A stretch of 64,000 bases of DNA, taken from contig OZ024741.1 in the NCBI GenBank assembly GCA_964016885.1, forward strand, positions 311,364,001-311,428,000, read 5' to 3'. Of this stretch, positions 50,346-62,714 are shown piece by piece. A program made the translations under genes and the position numbers. Within the stretch, counting starts at the first letter, position 1; each line of letters opens with the position of its first letter. Source of the DNA: Eledone cirrhosa (taxonomy: Eukaryota). The notes beneath the pieces are model-generated. The model did not search any database, was not told the DNA's origin, and worked only from the letters and a program-made list of their open reading frames with translations.

Positions 50346-51079
50346 GAACTACCCCCTCCTTCCTACTATTACTCCTCCCATCTGTACGCCCCAATGCGGC
50401 ATCCACTTCACGTACACCCTTGAGAACAACTCACACACTAGACACCTTAGATATCCTCACCATTGGCCAATTGTAGCTGCTTTCTCTCCCCATTGTTCAC
50501 GCCACTCTACTAGCAAATCTTATCCCTCACTATTCCTTACCCATCTCTCTAACACGACCCCTATCGCTATCGACCACATCCTTCACTACATCCCCCATCG
50601 TCCTACACTAATCAGCTATCCCTAAATCTTACTCATCCCTAACCCCATTTCCTATCTCTCCATCACACCCCATATCACCACCATGTTGACCACATCCCTT
50701 AGATACCTACACCCCATACACTAATCAGCAACTCCTACCCCTTACTCGTTGGCCTGCCAAACAAATCCCCATACATACCTATAACTTCATACTTATCTCC
50801 CTCCCTTATTGTCCCTCCACCAGACTTGATTTATGGTCAACCCATCCAGAGTTGTTGGTGAGTGGAATTTCACCCGCTGTAGATCTCATACATAAAATAA
50901 TTGCTTCAGTACCCATACATAAAATAATTTCTTCAGTACTAATTTGTTCTATATAATCCCACGCAACACTTGCTTGCGCATGTAAGCGGACATGAAATGA
51001 TGATGATGATGACCTATACGCATGTACACACACACACACACACACACCCAGACAAACACACACACAGACAAACACACAA

Positions 51080-51110
<31 letters not shown>

Positions 51111-51111
<1 letters not shown>

Positions 51112-51235
51112 TAAAATAACATATTAAAGTTTAAGCAAAGAGTCGCTGCTTTCACCCTTAACGGGATCTACTGAAAATCAGAAGATCCCGCTAAGGTTGA
51201 AAGCAGCGATTCTTTGCTTAAACTTTAATATGTTA

Positions 51236-51241
<6 letters not shown>
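51111..51241. repeat. ~130-bp near-perfect palindrome embedded in (TA)n
   Basis: TTAAAATAACATATTAAAGTTTAAGCAAAGA... pairs with ...TCTTTGCTTAAACTTTAATATGTTATTTTAA around a 3-nt loop. Confidence 0.9.
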
Positions 51242-51284
<43 letters not shown>

Positions 51285-51378
51285 TTTAATAAATATTTGC
51301 TCTAGGGTTCTTATCTATTTGATATATATTTATCCTTATTGAGCCCTCTTTGGATTTTAGCCTTCACATTTATTGTTA

Positions 51379-52946
51379 TCTCTATATATATGAAAAAAAG
51401 GTGTCTGTCTGTGTGTGTTTATGTTTGTATGCATTTCCACATTCCTCTACCGATTTTGATGATTTTTTTTCCCAATGTGCTCCAAATTTAACAACAATGG
51501 TCAACGCGTAATATACTTTGTCAAATATTTCCTGCTTCTACGAAAAAAATCTCTAAAGCTAAAGACATGCTTTAACCCTCTCTCTTACACGCTTAATCCG
51601 TCTCTCTACTACGCTCAACATCTATGAAACTACATACATGTTGCAACGCTCTTTAAAAAGTTCATCCCTCCCTCTACTCCTCTCTCAATCTCCTCTGCAA
51701 CTCTCTTTCAAAGATTAATGCCTCCCTCTACTACCCTATCAGAATTACAGTTTACAACAGCGACAAAACTTCGTTCAGGAACGCGACATAAACTTTGAAA
51801 ACTAAGCAACACATCAATGTATACAACAACAAACATAGCTTTACTCTCTCCGTCGCTCTTTGCTCTCTCTATAATATATCATTCCCTCTCTCTATAATTT
51901 AACTGCTTTACTCTCTTCATGCTTTGAGGTTTAACACATCTCCCTATAGTTACTTAGCTTTACTCTCTCCGTCGCTCTTCCCCCTTTCTATAATTTAAAT
52001 GCTTTACTCTCTCTATCGCTATCCACTCTCTATATAACAACACTGTTTTACACACCTCCATATAGTTTCTTAGCTTTACTCTTCTCTCTCCCTATAATAG
52101 ATTATTTCCAATCTCTATAATTTAACTGCTGGGGGAGTCATTGGAGTTTCGTATTGACATACGGCTTTTCTGGGGCATTTTAAATCGGTTAGTGCAAATA
52201 ACAACCCGCAAAATAACACTTCATATAACAGATTAATGCTATAGACATATGAATCTGAATGTTCAAATTATTTATTTTTTACGATTTTAATTGTTTAAAT
52301 ATTAATATGACAACAACCACAGTGTGGTACTTCTGACTATTCTGCCTAATACACTGCCAAGGATAAACCTTTTCCCCTCGGCGTCAGATATCCCATTCGA
52401 TTTCCGGCGATCCCAATTCCCGGTGAAACCATGTTTTGCCGTGTCCATTAACAAGTCACAAGGGGAAACATTGTCGATGGCGGGCAGCCATTTGCGGGAG
52501 CCATGATTCTCCCACGGCCAAATTTATGTTGCCTGTTCCCGGGTAGGGAGCAGGAATGGACGTTTTGCTTACAATCCTCAAGGGATGACACACAATATCG
52601 TCTACAAAGAGGAGATATAGATGTTGGTGCAGGTGTTGGAGGTGTTGGAGCTATGCCGTCTGGAAAACTATTTCATGATAGGGTCACAGTGGCTGGCTTA
52701 TATGACACCCAGCGGCATCAGGGCAACCATCTTGCAATCTTGGTTTGCTAAATTCGCTATTGGAAGATTATTAATCCATCATTGATTGTCCAAAATGCTA
52801 ATTGGTTCGTAACTTTTAATGACCGCTTCAACTGCTTTATGCACTTAATTGATAAGCTTATTCGCTTTCAAGCCACGTTTACCTGTAAGTAACTTTTCAT
52901 AGCAAATGAACAAACCCAATCAACGCCGGGCTAAACTGCTAGCTAG
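51379..52946 (+). mobile_element. Non-autonomous Helitron with helicase C-terminal remnant
   Basis: 5' A|TCTCTATATATATGAAAAAAAGGTGTCTGTCTG; RSQFPVKPCFAVSINKSQG remnant; 3' CAACGCCGGGCTAAACTGCTAG(CTAG)|T. The last ~600 bp match 38155-38730 inverted. Confidence 0.8.
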
Positions 52947-52950
52947 TTAC

Positions 52951-53012
<62 letters not shown>

Positions 53013-53065
53013 AGAGTATTTAAGTTTGGTTGAAGCTCTGTGGAATAATAAAATATTCTTGGGCA

Positions 53066-53500
53066 GCCGTTTTGGAAGCCTCAACAATGCAGATGGGTAA
53101 ATCTCCGGGTAACAGAATCCGGTGGTGAAGAGAGAGATGTAAGGGAGTATAGAATGAGATGTATAGTGTGTAGAGACACGTAGGAAAAAGCGTAAAAAAT
53201 AAAAATAACAACACGAGATATAGTTACATTGGGAGAGATTTAATTGTCCCTATATTTCGGATTCGCATCCATCAATTGAGGAGTTTTTTGGGGGGAAAGT
53301 TATCTGTCGGAGAGGAACGGTACTTGGACTCTGTTGTCCGTTGTAACTCTATCTCGTTTTCATTTTATTTTTTACGCTCTTTCCTACGTTCCTCTACACA
53401 CTATACAACTCATTCTACACTCCCTTTCATCTCTCTCTTCACCAGCGGATTCTGTTACCCGGAGATTTACCCATCAGCTTTGTTAAGGCTTACAAAACGA
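53066..53500. repeat. Inverted pair of the 13200-13505 repeat (~150-bp arms)
   Basis: ATGGGTAAATCTCCGGGTAACAGAATCCG.. versus ..CGGATTCTGTTACCCGGAGATTTACCCAT; flanked by microsatellites. Confidence 0.8.
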
Positions 53501-53520
53501 CCGAAATTTTTTTTCTCTCG

Positions 53521-53651
<131 letters not shown>

Positions 53652-53716
53652 AATATATATATATATGTATATTTCTTTGCAAGCAGGGAAAAGCGGGCGT
53701 AAAATGATGATGATGA

Positions 53717-53779
<63 letters not shown>

Positions 53780-53786
<7 letters not shown>

Positions 53787-55286
53787 ATACTTGGGGAGGG
53801 TCATATTTGTGTAACATTGCTAGAATTAATAACAGAACACACTCACTGTTTGGTTGGTTTTCGATTTTCGCTTCTGTGTCTTTTATATCGGTAATCTAAT
53901 TTATTCAGTCCTCAATGTTGCCATTGACTGACCAACGCTCAAAAATAATACAGATACAATATAGACACAAACTCATATATATAGTTTATCAAAGTTCTTT
54001 CGTTGCACATCTGCAACATCGTCAGTGGTGCCATTGTTTCCTCCCGTTACATTGTATTTTCTACGCCATCTTTATTTAGTCTGTTTATATATTTAATTAT
54101 TTGTTTATTTTATTTTGTCTCCTTTGCGCATGCGTTTGCGTGTGTGTATAGTGTTTTATTTCATGTGTGTTCGTGATTGGGTGACTGTGTATTGGTTAAT
54201 GTATTCTATCTTTACTAGTGTGTGTTTATATGTGTTTGTTGTTATTGTGCTTGTGTGTGTATTTATTTATTTATTTATCTATTTATTTATTTATTTATCT
54301 ATTTATTTATTTATTTATACTTTTCTTAGGTCAGTGTTGTTTGTTTGGGTGTTGTTGTTATTACATTCATTCTTTCTGTTTAGCCTTGGCCTTCTAAGTT
54401 CTATTTCACTGGCCTATCTGCTGGGTCATTCCTATGTTTAGATATTATTCTAATTTCTATGTTGTCTATGTTACCGTCGTGTTGTTGTCTGGCATGTTCG
54501 TATAGTACTGACCCGTTTTTTCGACCTTTTAGTTCCCCCAAGTGTTGGTTTGTCCTTTCACCTATGCTACGAGCTGTCTCGCCTATGTATGTTGTTGTCA
54601 TGTTTCTGCAAGTACCCTCTGTACATCTTATGCTATAGACTACGTTTCTAGTTTTACAGTTTATCCGGGGTTTACCTTACATATGATACAGTTCCTATTA
54701 GTACAGTGGGTTTTCTTAAAAGCGTAGGTTTTGCTGATCAGGGATTTTATGGTGCTTCCTGGCTTTTCTACCACCTTAATTTTTAAGTGGGTCTTTCTCA
54801 GGGCCTTTCTACACTGGTTAGCTAATTTCCCTCCAGGGGTAGCGTCCACAAACATGATACTCTGGTATCTCTGGTTGTCGTACCATAAGGTGGCTTTACC
54901 TATCTTATGTCTAGCCCTATATAAGCTATTTCATGATTTGCTCCTGTATAATGGGCAAATTCCTTTCATGTCCAGTTCTTTGAGGGTATTATACTTCTCC
55001 ATGGCTTCTTCGTATACTCTGACTCTGTCTCTTTGGTTGTAGCCGGAGAACTGCATGCGGTTGATGAAGTGTTGGATGTGTCTTTCCATTTCTGTTGGGT
55101 CGCACATGCGGGACACATTCTTCATCACTCGTACCAAATCTGCGATCAGAATATTAAACTTAGCACTACTGGACATTGCTGAGCATTTGAGTATCAGGTA
55201 TTTGGAGGGCATGTCAGCAATGTCCAGTAGTGCTAAGTTTAATATTCTGATCGCAGATTTGGTACGAGTGATGAAGAATGTGTCCC
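53780..55286 (-). mobile_element. 5'-truncated Neptune-type PLE with hammerhead motif (53987-54030) and 5' hairpin
   Basis: ILIADLVRVMKNVS, MFVDATPGGKLA, CTNRNCIIC and YIGETARSIGER motifs; paralogous to 30858-31748. Hammerhead reads CTGACGA-T-GTTGCA gatg TGCAAC-GAAAGAACTT. Confidence 0.88.
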
Positions 55287-55341
55287 ACAAGAAGCACATA
55301 TATATACATACATGTACATCTAATCACACGCACGCACGCGA

Positions 55342-55380
<39 letters not shown>

Positions 55381-55451
55381 AACATATATAAGTATGTAAA
55401 ATACATAGATATAAAAACACATACACATACACATATACACATACGAATGCA

Positions 55452-56521
55452 GTCCCCTTATTAAATCTTATATCCTCAATACAAAAATACCCACATTACA
55501 TCAAAATTGCTCCTGTAGAATCAAAAGTGAATGTCCATTACAATGTAAATGCAACACCAAAGCCATTGTATATGCAGCTAATATGACAACCACCAACAAC
55601 AAAAACCTACCAGCCACCAGCGAACGATAGGTGGGTATGGCACAAGACAAATTCAAAACGCGTTATTACTCACATGTCGCATCTTTCCGACATCCTGAAA
55701 AAAGATTTACAACAGCTTTGGCTAGCAGAATATGGGATTTGACAGACAAAGGTATCCAATATGAATTAGATTGGTTAATTTTGAACCAATCTAAAGAATA
55801 TGCAAGAGGAACAAGAAGATGCGCACTCTGCATAAGTAAACAATATTGGATTTTACAGAACCTTAAATCACCAAATACCTGCCTAAATGCAAAAGAGGAA
55901 TGTTCAGGAGTTGCCCACACCTTAAATCCCACTTGCTTTCCAGCTCATATAAACTTAACTAACTTTCAGATACTTATCCTCCATAAACTCTTGTCCTTCA
56001 CTTTCCTTAACTTACCTTCTTTCCAGACTTGACATCTCTTTCTGATTTACTTTTATTTTTATTTTTATTTTTAACTTTATTTTTACTTCACATCCACTAG
56101 TGCCCCCCCCCCCCACACACACACACTCTGTTTTTGATTCACTTACTTTATATCTTCACAATCTTACATATTTTATTTCCCCGTTTTCTTTCACTCACTA
56201 CCTGATATCTATTGTCATTTGTGTTTTCAACTCCAGATATATTCTGTTGTCCCTCAGCCACTTTTATGTATGTTTACTTGCGTATAATTTGTACTCATTT
56301 ATTCAGACGGGTGGTTTTTGTATTGTATGTATGCGTGTAAGTGTGCATATGTGTGTGTACGTGTTTGCATATGTATATGAATGCATTCGTATGTGCGCGT
56401 GTATGTCTATATGTGTGTGTGTATGTTGTGTGTATGTGTGTTTTTATATCTATGCCTTTTTATATCTGTTTTTTTACATACTTATATATGTGTTTGTATG
56501 TATATATATATATACATACAA

Positions 56522-56593
<72 letters not shown>

Positions 56594-56631
56594 GTATATG
56601 TATATATATAATATATATATATATATATATG

Positions 56632-56702
<71 letters not shown>

Positions 56703-57550
56703 TCGCGTGCGTGCGTGTGATTAGATGTACATGTATGTGTATATATGTGTTTCGTATCTATGTATGTACGCATGTATGTGCTTTTGTCTGTACGTTATAT
56801 ATATATATATATTTTTTTTTTATATATGTGTGCGTACGAACCTCTGTATGTTTTCTACTTTTTATTTATTTTTTCTAGTGTTACTTTATAATTGATAACC
56901 CTCCCTCTTACTTTCTCTTTGATTTTACTTTGTTTATTCTCATATATTTTTTCCTTTTCATATTTTATATTTTTATATCTGTGTCGACCTTCAGCCTGAC
57001 ACTGCTTTGACTGATACACTCCCTTCCCTGTATATATCACATACATGGTTTGTGGTTTGCGCGTGTGTGTGTTTATACGCGTGCTTTCCTACTTGTATGT
57101 GTATATATTCAATCCTTAGTCCCTGAATCTCTATGTACGCTAACACTATTATCTTACAATTTCATTTTCCAACATATATTATATACGTATTTGTGGTCAC
57201 ACATACACTAATATGTTTGCCCTCAAGTTTGTACTTACGCACCCATTTTTTCACTATACACATGCATGTGTACATGAACACATATTGTGTCATCTGTACG
57301 TGCATATACACACATTTATACACATCCCCTTATTATATTTCCTTATTTAATTTGTATATATCTATTGCATTACTTTTATTTATATTTTTTTTTTGCACGG
57401 TAAACTTTTGCCTTCTTGAGGAGATTTTTCAAATATTTCACTATGTTTTAAATTGCCTTGTCTGACGAACGAATGGGGACGTTTCTTGTATTCGTCAGGA
57501 AACCTCTGGGAATAAGGTAATTATATTGTATTTGTTATTATACATTAAAT
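55452..57550 (+). mobile_element. 5'-truncated Hydra-type PLE (GIY-YIG remnant plus long 3' UTR)
   Basis: CSCRIKSECPLQCKCNTKAIVY...VGMAQDKFKTRYYSH...TALASRIWDL...RCALC. Part of the UTR is duplicated inverted at 55290-55451. Confidence 0.8.
57451..57522 (+). ncRNA. Degenerate type I hammerhead motif at the end of the Hydra-type PLE
   Basis: 11-bp stem I AATTGCCTTGT/ATAAGGTAATT (two G-U pairs); CTGACGA; CGAAT/ATTCG; GAAA; CC/GG. U16.1 is replaced by G and there are 4 unpaired nt before GAAA. Confidence 0.55.
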
Positions 57551-57602
57551 TTAGCTCTGTAACTTACATAGAGCACTCTTCACTCCTATGACTGTTTCAA
57601 TA

Positions 57603-57830
<228 letters not shown>

Positions 57831-58309
57831 ACATACATACATACCGACTACTACGGGTATTAACTCCACGTCAACTATTATTGTGGACCGCTACTTTATG
57901 TTGGAGGATCAGGTGACAACATGACAGTACTAATGAAAATGAGAATAATATTTGAGGACAGACAAGTAATTAAATTATTCAATAAGTGACTAAAATAATA
58001 AATGAGTTATTATCTTACCATATGCTAAAGTTGACTGCCATGTTAATAATATAATAAATCCAACAATAGAAGGGCGGGACATTACAAGCCGAGTTAAATT
58101 ATAAATCGAAAGTGAGTAAATCTCCGAACATTTTGTCTGAGTGGCCGTTCCTTACGACGATGCTAACGGAATTATCGTTAGCGTTCAGTGTCACGAGACG
58201 ACGTGTGCACCCTTTGTGCTAAACTTCAGTAGACTACTCATGTTCTATTTCACTGTATAACATGCTTGCGTTTTTTTTTACTTTACTATTATCTAAGACT
58301 AACCTTTTA

Positions 58310-61300
58310 ATCGTAAACGATTAAATAAAAGAAAAAGAGAGTTTATATGTCTTAATCTGTATGGTGAGCAAATGGGGTCCCACGTGCTAGCCTTCCCACA
58401 GCCCTGGCGGACAAAATGGAGAAGGCGTTTACCCGGAGGAGGGTAAGGGAGATGCGCTGGAAGAGCCATTCCACCTCGCGAGATACTCACCTGCAGTTGG
58501 CCAGTGCAGCGCCTATGGTGGTGAATAGAAAGGTAAGCCTAGGGCCAAGGATACCAGAAGTCTCCTTTGTCGGAGAGCGACCGATACTTGGAGTGTTTGG
58601 CCTCCTCAGACCAACGTGCAGCAGTACCTGGGTTAGTCGCAGACTGCACCAGGTTGTGGCTGGAGAAAGTGTGGCTGCAAGTGGCATCCCAAACAAGGTG
58701 TTTTGCCACCGCGGAACATGAGGATGGTCATACTGTCTGGCCTTTTGCTGTCCCCTTGGTCCAGCCCCACCGACTCGAGCTGGGAGCGAAGCCTGCAGCG
58801 TCCACGCCATGCTTTATGAACTCGTTGAGGGCAGCATGGCCTGGAAATTGGCCAGTACTGTGGCGACAGGAAAGCGGGTGGATCCACAGCAGCAATTATG
58901 TGTCTTGCAGATCCGGAGTCCAAGCCTCTAAGAAACGCCGAGGCTCAGGATATCGTTATCCAGTTGCGTACCAGTGGAGAAAGGAGAGCAAGGCATGGAG
59001 CCAGACACCACTGTGGGTTTTGGAGGCCGCGCGAAAACAGGAGAGGCGGTACTGGTCGAGTTGGCGCGTGAGCCTGTCTGAGGCCAGACTGCACAGGATG
59101 GCATGCCAAATGCCTCTTTTAGACTTGACATAATCAGGGGAAGAAGGAGGAGGGGCGTCTACTGGGCTAAGTCCCAGCCGGACCCACGTCTCATAGGCGG
59201 ACTCACGTTCCTTGATCACAGAGGGTTCCAAAATGTTTTGTAGAACCCTGCTCACGATGTCGCAGCATGAGGTTACCGATGAAAGAAACGCCGGCAATGA
59301 CAGCGAGATCAGAGACCAGAGTCCAAGGCCGCCATATCTGACAGGTAAAGTGGCCTGTTGCCATCCTATGTCGTCAAACCTGACGTTACATATCTTCTCG
59401 GCTGCCGTTCAGATACAATATCGGGGTCAGCGAGGAGAGATGCGTGGCTGTAGCACGGAGCGCTGCGAAGTGTGTAGAGGACCATCGGCATGGCGAAGCA
59501 GTTTCTCAACAGGAAGAGAGCTGGTTGGCCGTTGATCGAGCCCAGTCGGCTCGTGAGGGTCTGGAGATGTTGGAGCCGGGACCTGATAGTGGAGTGGATG
59601 GCCGGCGGGTGGATCGGTGACCCGAGAATGAGGACATCCTCTTTGGGGATCTCCTGTACCTGGTGTAGAATTGACTCCCAAGAGCGAGCCTGCAAAGCTC
59701 TCAGCATCATGGTTGACATTCACCAACTCCGACTTAGATGAGTTGATCTGGAGGCCGATTCTCCCAGGGCAGGAACCACCGATTGAATGTCATGGCAGAC
59801 AGTCTCCACGGCCCGCCCAGCGTAGCATCATCCAGGTACCAAATGTTGAGAGGGGCCGTGATACTACGGGCAATATGATCTATACCAAGGGTAAAAGGAG
59901 GGGGACAAAGGGTCACCCTGTTGGCCCCCAGTGGCCGAAATGTCACCGTATCAGCAGCAAGGAGCATGCTCGGGGATCCATAAGACATGTAGCCAGCGGG
60001 TTGCCGGAGAGGGCTCAGCTGAGACAGGCACCGAATAGAAGGTCCCAGCGTATGCAGATAAAGGCATTCTTCATGTTAATCTTTGACAATGAGGTGCCTG
60101 GAATCCCTGGATACCGGTTCCGGTGGGCAGCTATGGAAGAACTGCCTCATTGGATGCAGGCCGCCTCACAGCCACCGGACACGCCGACACCCAGTTGCAA
60201 CTGACTGAACTCCTCATCCAGTTCAGGTGCTATGGACCTGCAGACCACTTTGGAAGACAGCCTCCGGAAGACATTGCCCACAGCGAAGGGGCTTATTCTA
60301 CTCTCTTTCTTCCTGAGAGCTGTCAGGCTAGCCGAAAAAAGAGGCCTCAGGCGTGTGGATCCAAGGCTCTTAATGGTAAGTGCCACAATTGCACTCAGAA
60401 GGAGGCGCCCAGCCTCAGCGGAGAGAAGGGATAGCAACTTCTTGAGGTGGCCAGGTCGGAGTCCATCATCATCTCCACTGCTGCTGCTGCTGCTAGCTAG
60501 GAAGGACTTGATGGCAGACACGATGTCTGCGTCGGAAGCGACAAGGAGCAGGTGGGTATCGGGTGAGGGTATGGGCGCAGGTCAGCGGGTGGCTCAGGGT
60601 GCTTGAGTCGCAGGGCAGCCAGGACCTCCTCGGTGGATTGGAGGAAAGTGTCCACTGAGGCAACCACTCTGACTGCCGCCAAGACATCACCCATGATCAG
60701 TTTAGAGTTGACGCCGTTTCGCCAAAGCTTGACGCTGGCCTCAGGGGTGGAGAATTGGAGGCACCAACAGCAGGGGGTGTGGTGTCCTTCGGCACGCTTG
60801 GTATGGGCGCTTGCCCAAAGGACGAAACACTGGCTTTGACAAAGTCTATTGTCGGCAGGCCGCCTCGGTCTGCGCCAGACCTGCGGAGGCTGAGGGTGGG
60901 TGGGGAGAAATAGAAGAGGCGCTCCCAGTCACTGGCTTCATTGGAGTCCAGGGCATTCTCAATCGAGGAAGCGAGGGCATCGTCTACCAGAACCCGAGCT
61001 ATACTCGGGATCCTGAGCTGAATCTTCCGGAGCCGCCTGAGCCGAGCGATTTTGACCAGCGTGGCTTGGCCATAAATCAACCTCGCTCTCTCATCCGGTT
61101 TTGTGCCAGACGGCCATGGCTGTGCAGTCGAGCGAAAGAGACAGTTTCCGCATCTCCACCCTGCGAGAGCACTGGAAGCTCGACGCGTCAAATCAATACA
61201 GGTGAGGTGTTGGAAGCAGCCGCACCCCGAACAGTTCCAGCCCTTCTTCCGCTGTTCGTTTTGCTGCAATTGAAGCAGGTGTCGACTGGTGGCATTGGAG

Positions 61301-61390
61301 GATAGGGCGTGGGGCCGGGGACTAGGGCACCAAGCGGCATCAGGCATGAGTGGCTGGTTGTCACCAACCTAGGAGCTAGGCACAACTAAG
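58310..61390 (-). mobile_element. CRE-clade-like non-LTR retrotransposon with N-terminal PHD-like finger (decayed)
   Basis: CFNC...CSGCGCFQHLTC...WRCGNC, G.DGLRPGHLK, ISPFAVGNVFRRLSSK, QLGVGVSGGCEA, MKNAF, WYLDDATL, GGLGL and RPDSMTI motifs. GC-rich relative to its flanks. Confidence 0.75.
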
Positions 61391-62714
61391 CGTTCCATCA
61401 GTATTGCATTCCCTATTTCTTTAATGTAGTTCTCAATATCTTTACATGTGTCTAAACCTCCAAATATTATTGGTATTACTATCACTTTTTTTCAGTAATC
61501 TCTACTGCCTATCCTCCTATGCAAACCTGTCATATCTATGAATTTTTTTTCCTTCTTTACCGCATACATTTTAATCAGCTGGACAAGCTATATATATGAT
61601 CCAACACTCTTTGCTTTCTGTCTCAATTTATACAATATCTGGTCTTCTGTGATCAATCACATGGTCACGCTATATCACAAAGTCACACAGAAACTATGCA
61701 TTATTGATTTCAATAACGCCCTCATGGTTATGTTCCTATCAAATTTTTATTCTGTTAAGTGCATATTTGTATCAACGTGCTCATCTACCTTCCATGCTAT
61801 GTTGACTTGACGTCTTTTATATTCTTTCTGAGCTAGTGGTGCACATTGACATGTGATATTTTAGACAGTTTCTCTATTCATGCCACAACTTCTACACTTA
61901 ACACTTTCTGTTGTGTGGTCTACTCTATGCTTGATGTAGTTAGTTCTTAGTGCTTGTTCTTGAACAGCACAGATTAAGGATGCTGTTTCCGGTTTTAGAT
62001 CACTTTCAGACATCCATAACTACCCTCTTTCCTCTGGCTGTCCTATATTCAACAAATGTTGTACTGTGTTTTTTTCTTTGCAAACTTCTATTTTGCCCAG
62101 CTTTTCTGTGGAATTTTTTATATACCACGCTATGATAATTTCTTCTGATTTAATGCTGTCTTGGCACCCCGTCAGTCCTCATCCTCTTCTTTCTTTTGGT
62201 ACATATAATCTGTCTGTGTCACTCTTTGGGGAAAGTACCCCATATCTAGTCAATATCCTTCTTGTCTACCGCTCTATATAGTCCACATGATCGGCCCTGC
62301 CCCGTATCTAAGGAGTGATGTCGCCCATGAATTGATAAATTCGATCTTATTCCTTCCATTCAGTTTCGACTTTAGAATAAGTCTCAGTCTGTGCACCTGT
62401 TTCACGCTAAATTATTCTTTAATTTCCTGCTGCATTATTTTATCAACTTCCAATATCCATACGTACTAATAACCTTCCTCTTGTCTTTGCTCCATAACCT
62501 TTCAAGATGCACGTACATTGATTCTGCAATTATTCCAGTCAATAATTTTCACATGTTGTCGGTCAGCAATTGTCCACCACATTTCCTTTAGTGAAATATT
62601 TATGCAGACATGTGTCCCTCTCTTTCTCAGCTACTCCGGTATCACTTGGTCAGCATTTAGCTATATGATAAGTTGTTCAGTTATTCGTTCATGGCTTTGT
62701 TCTGTTATTTTCTT

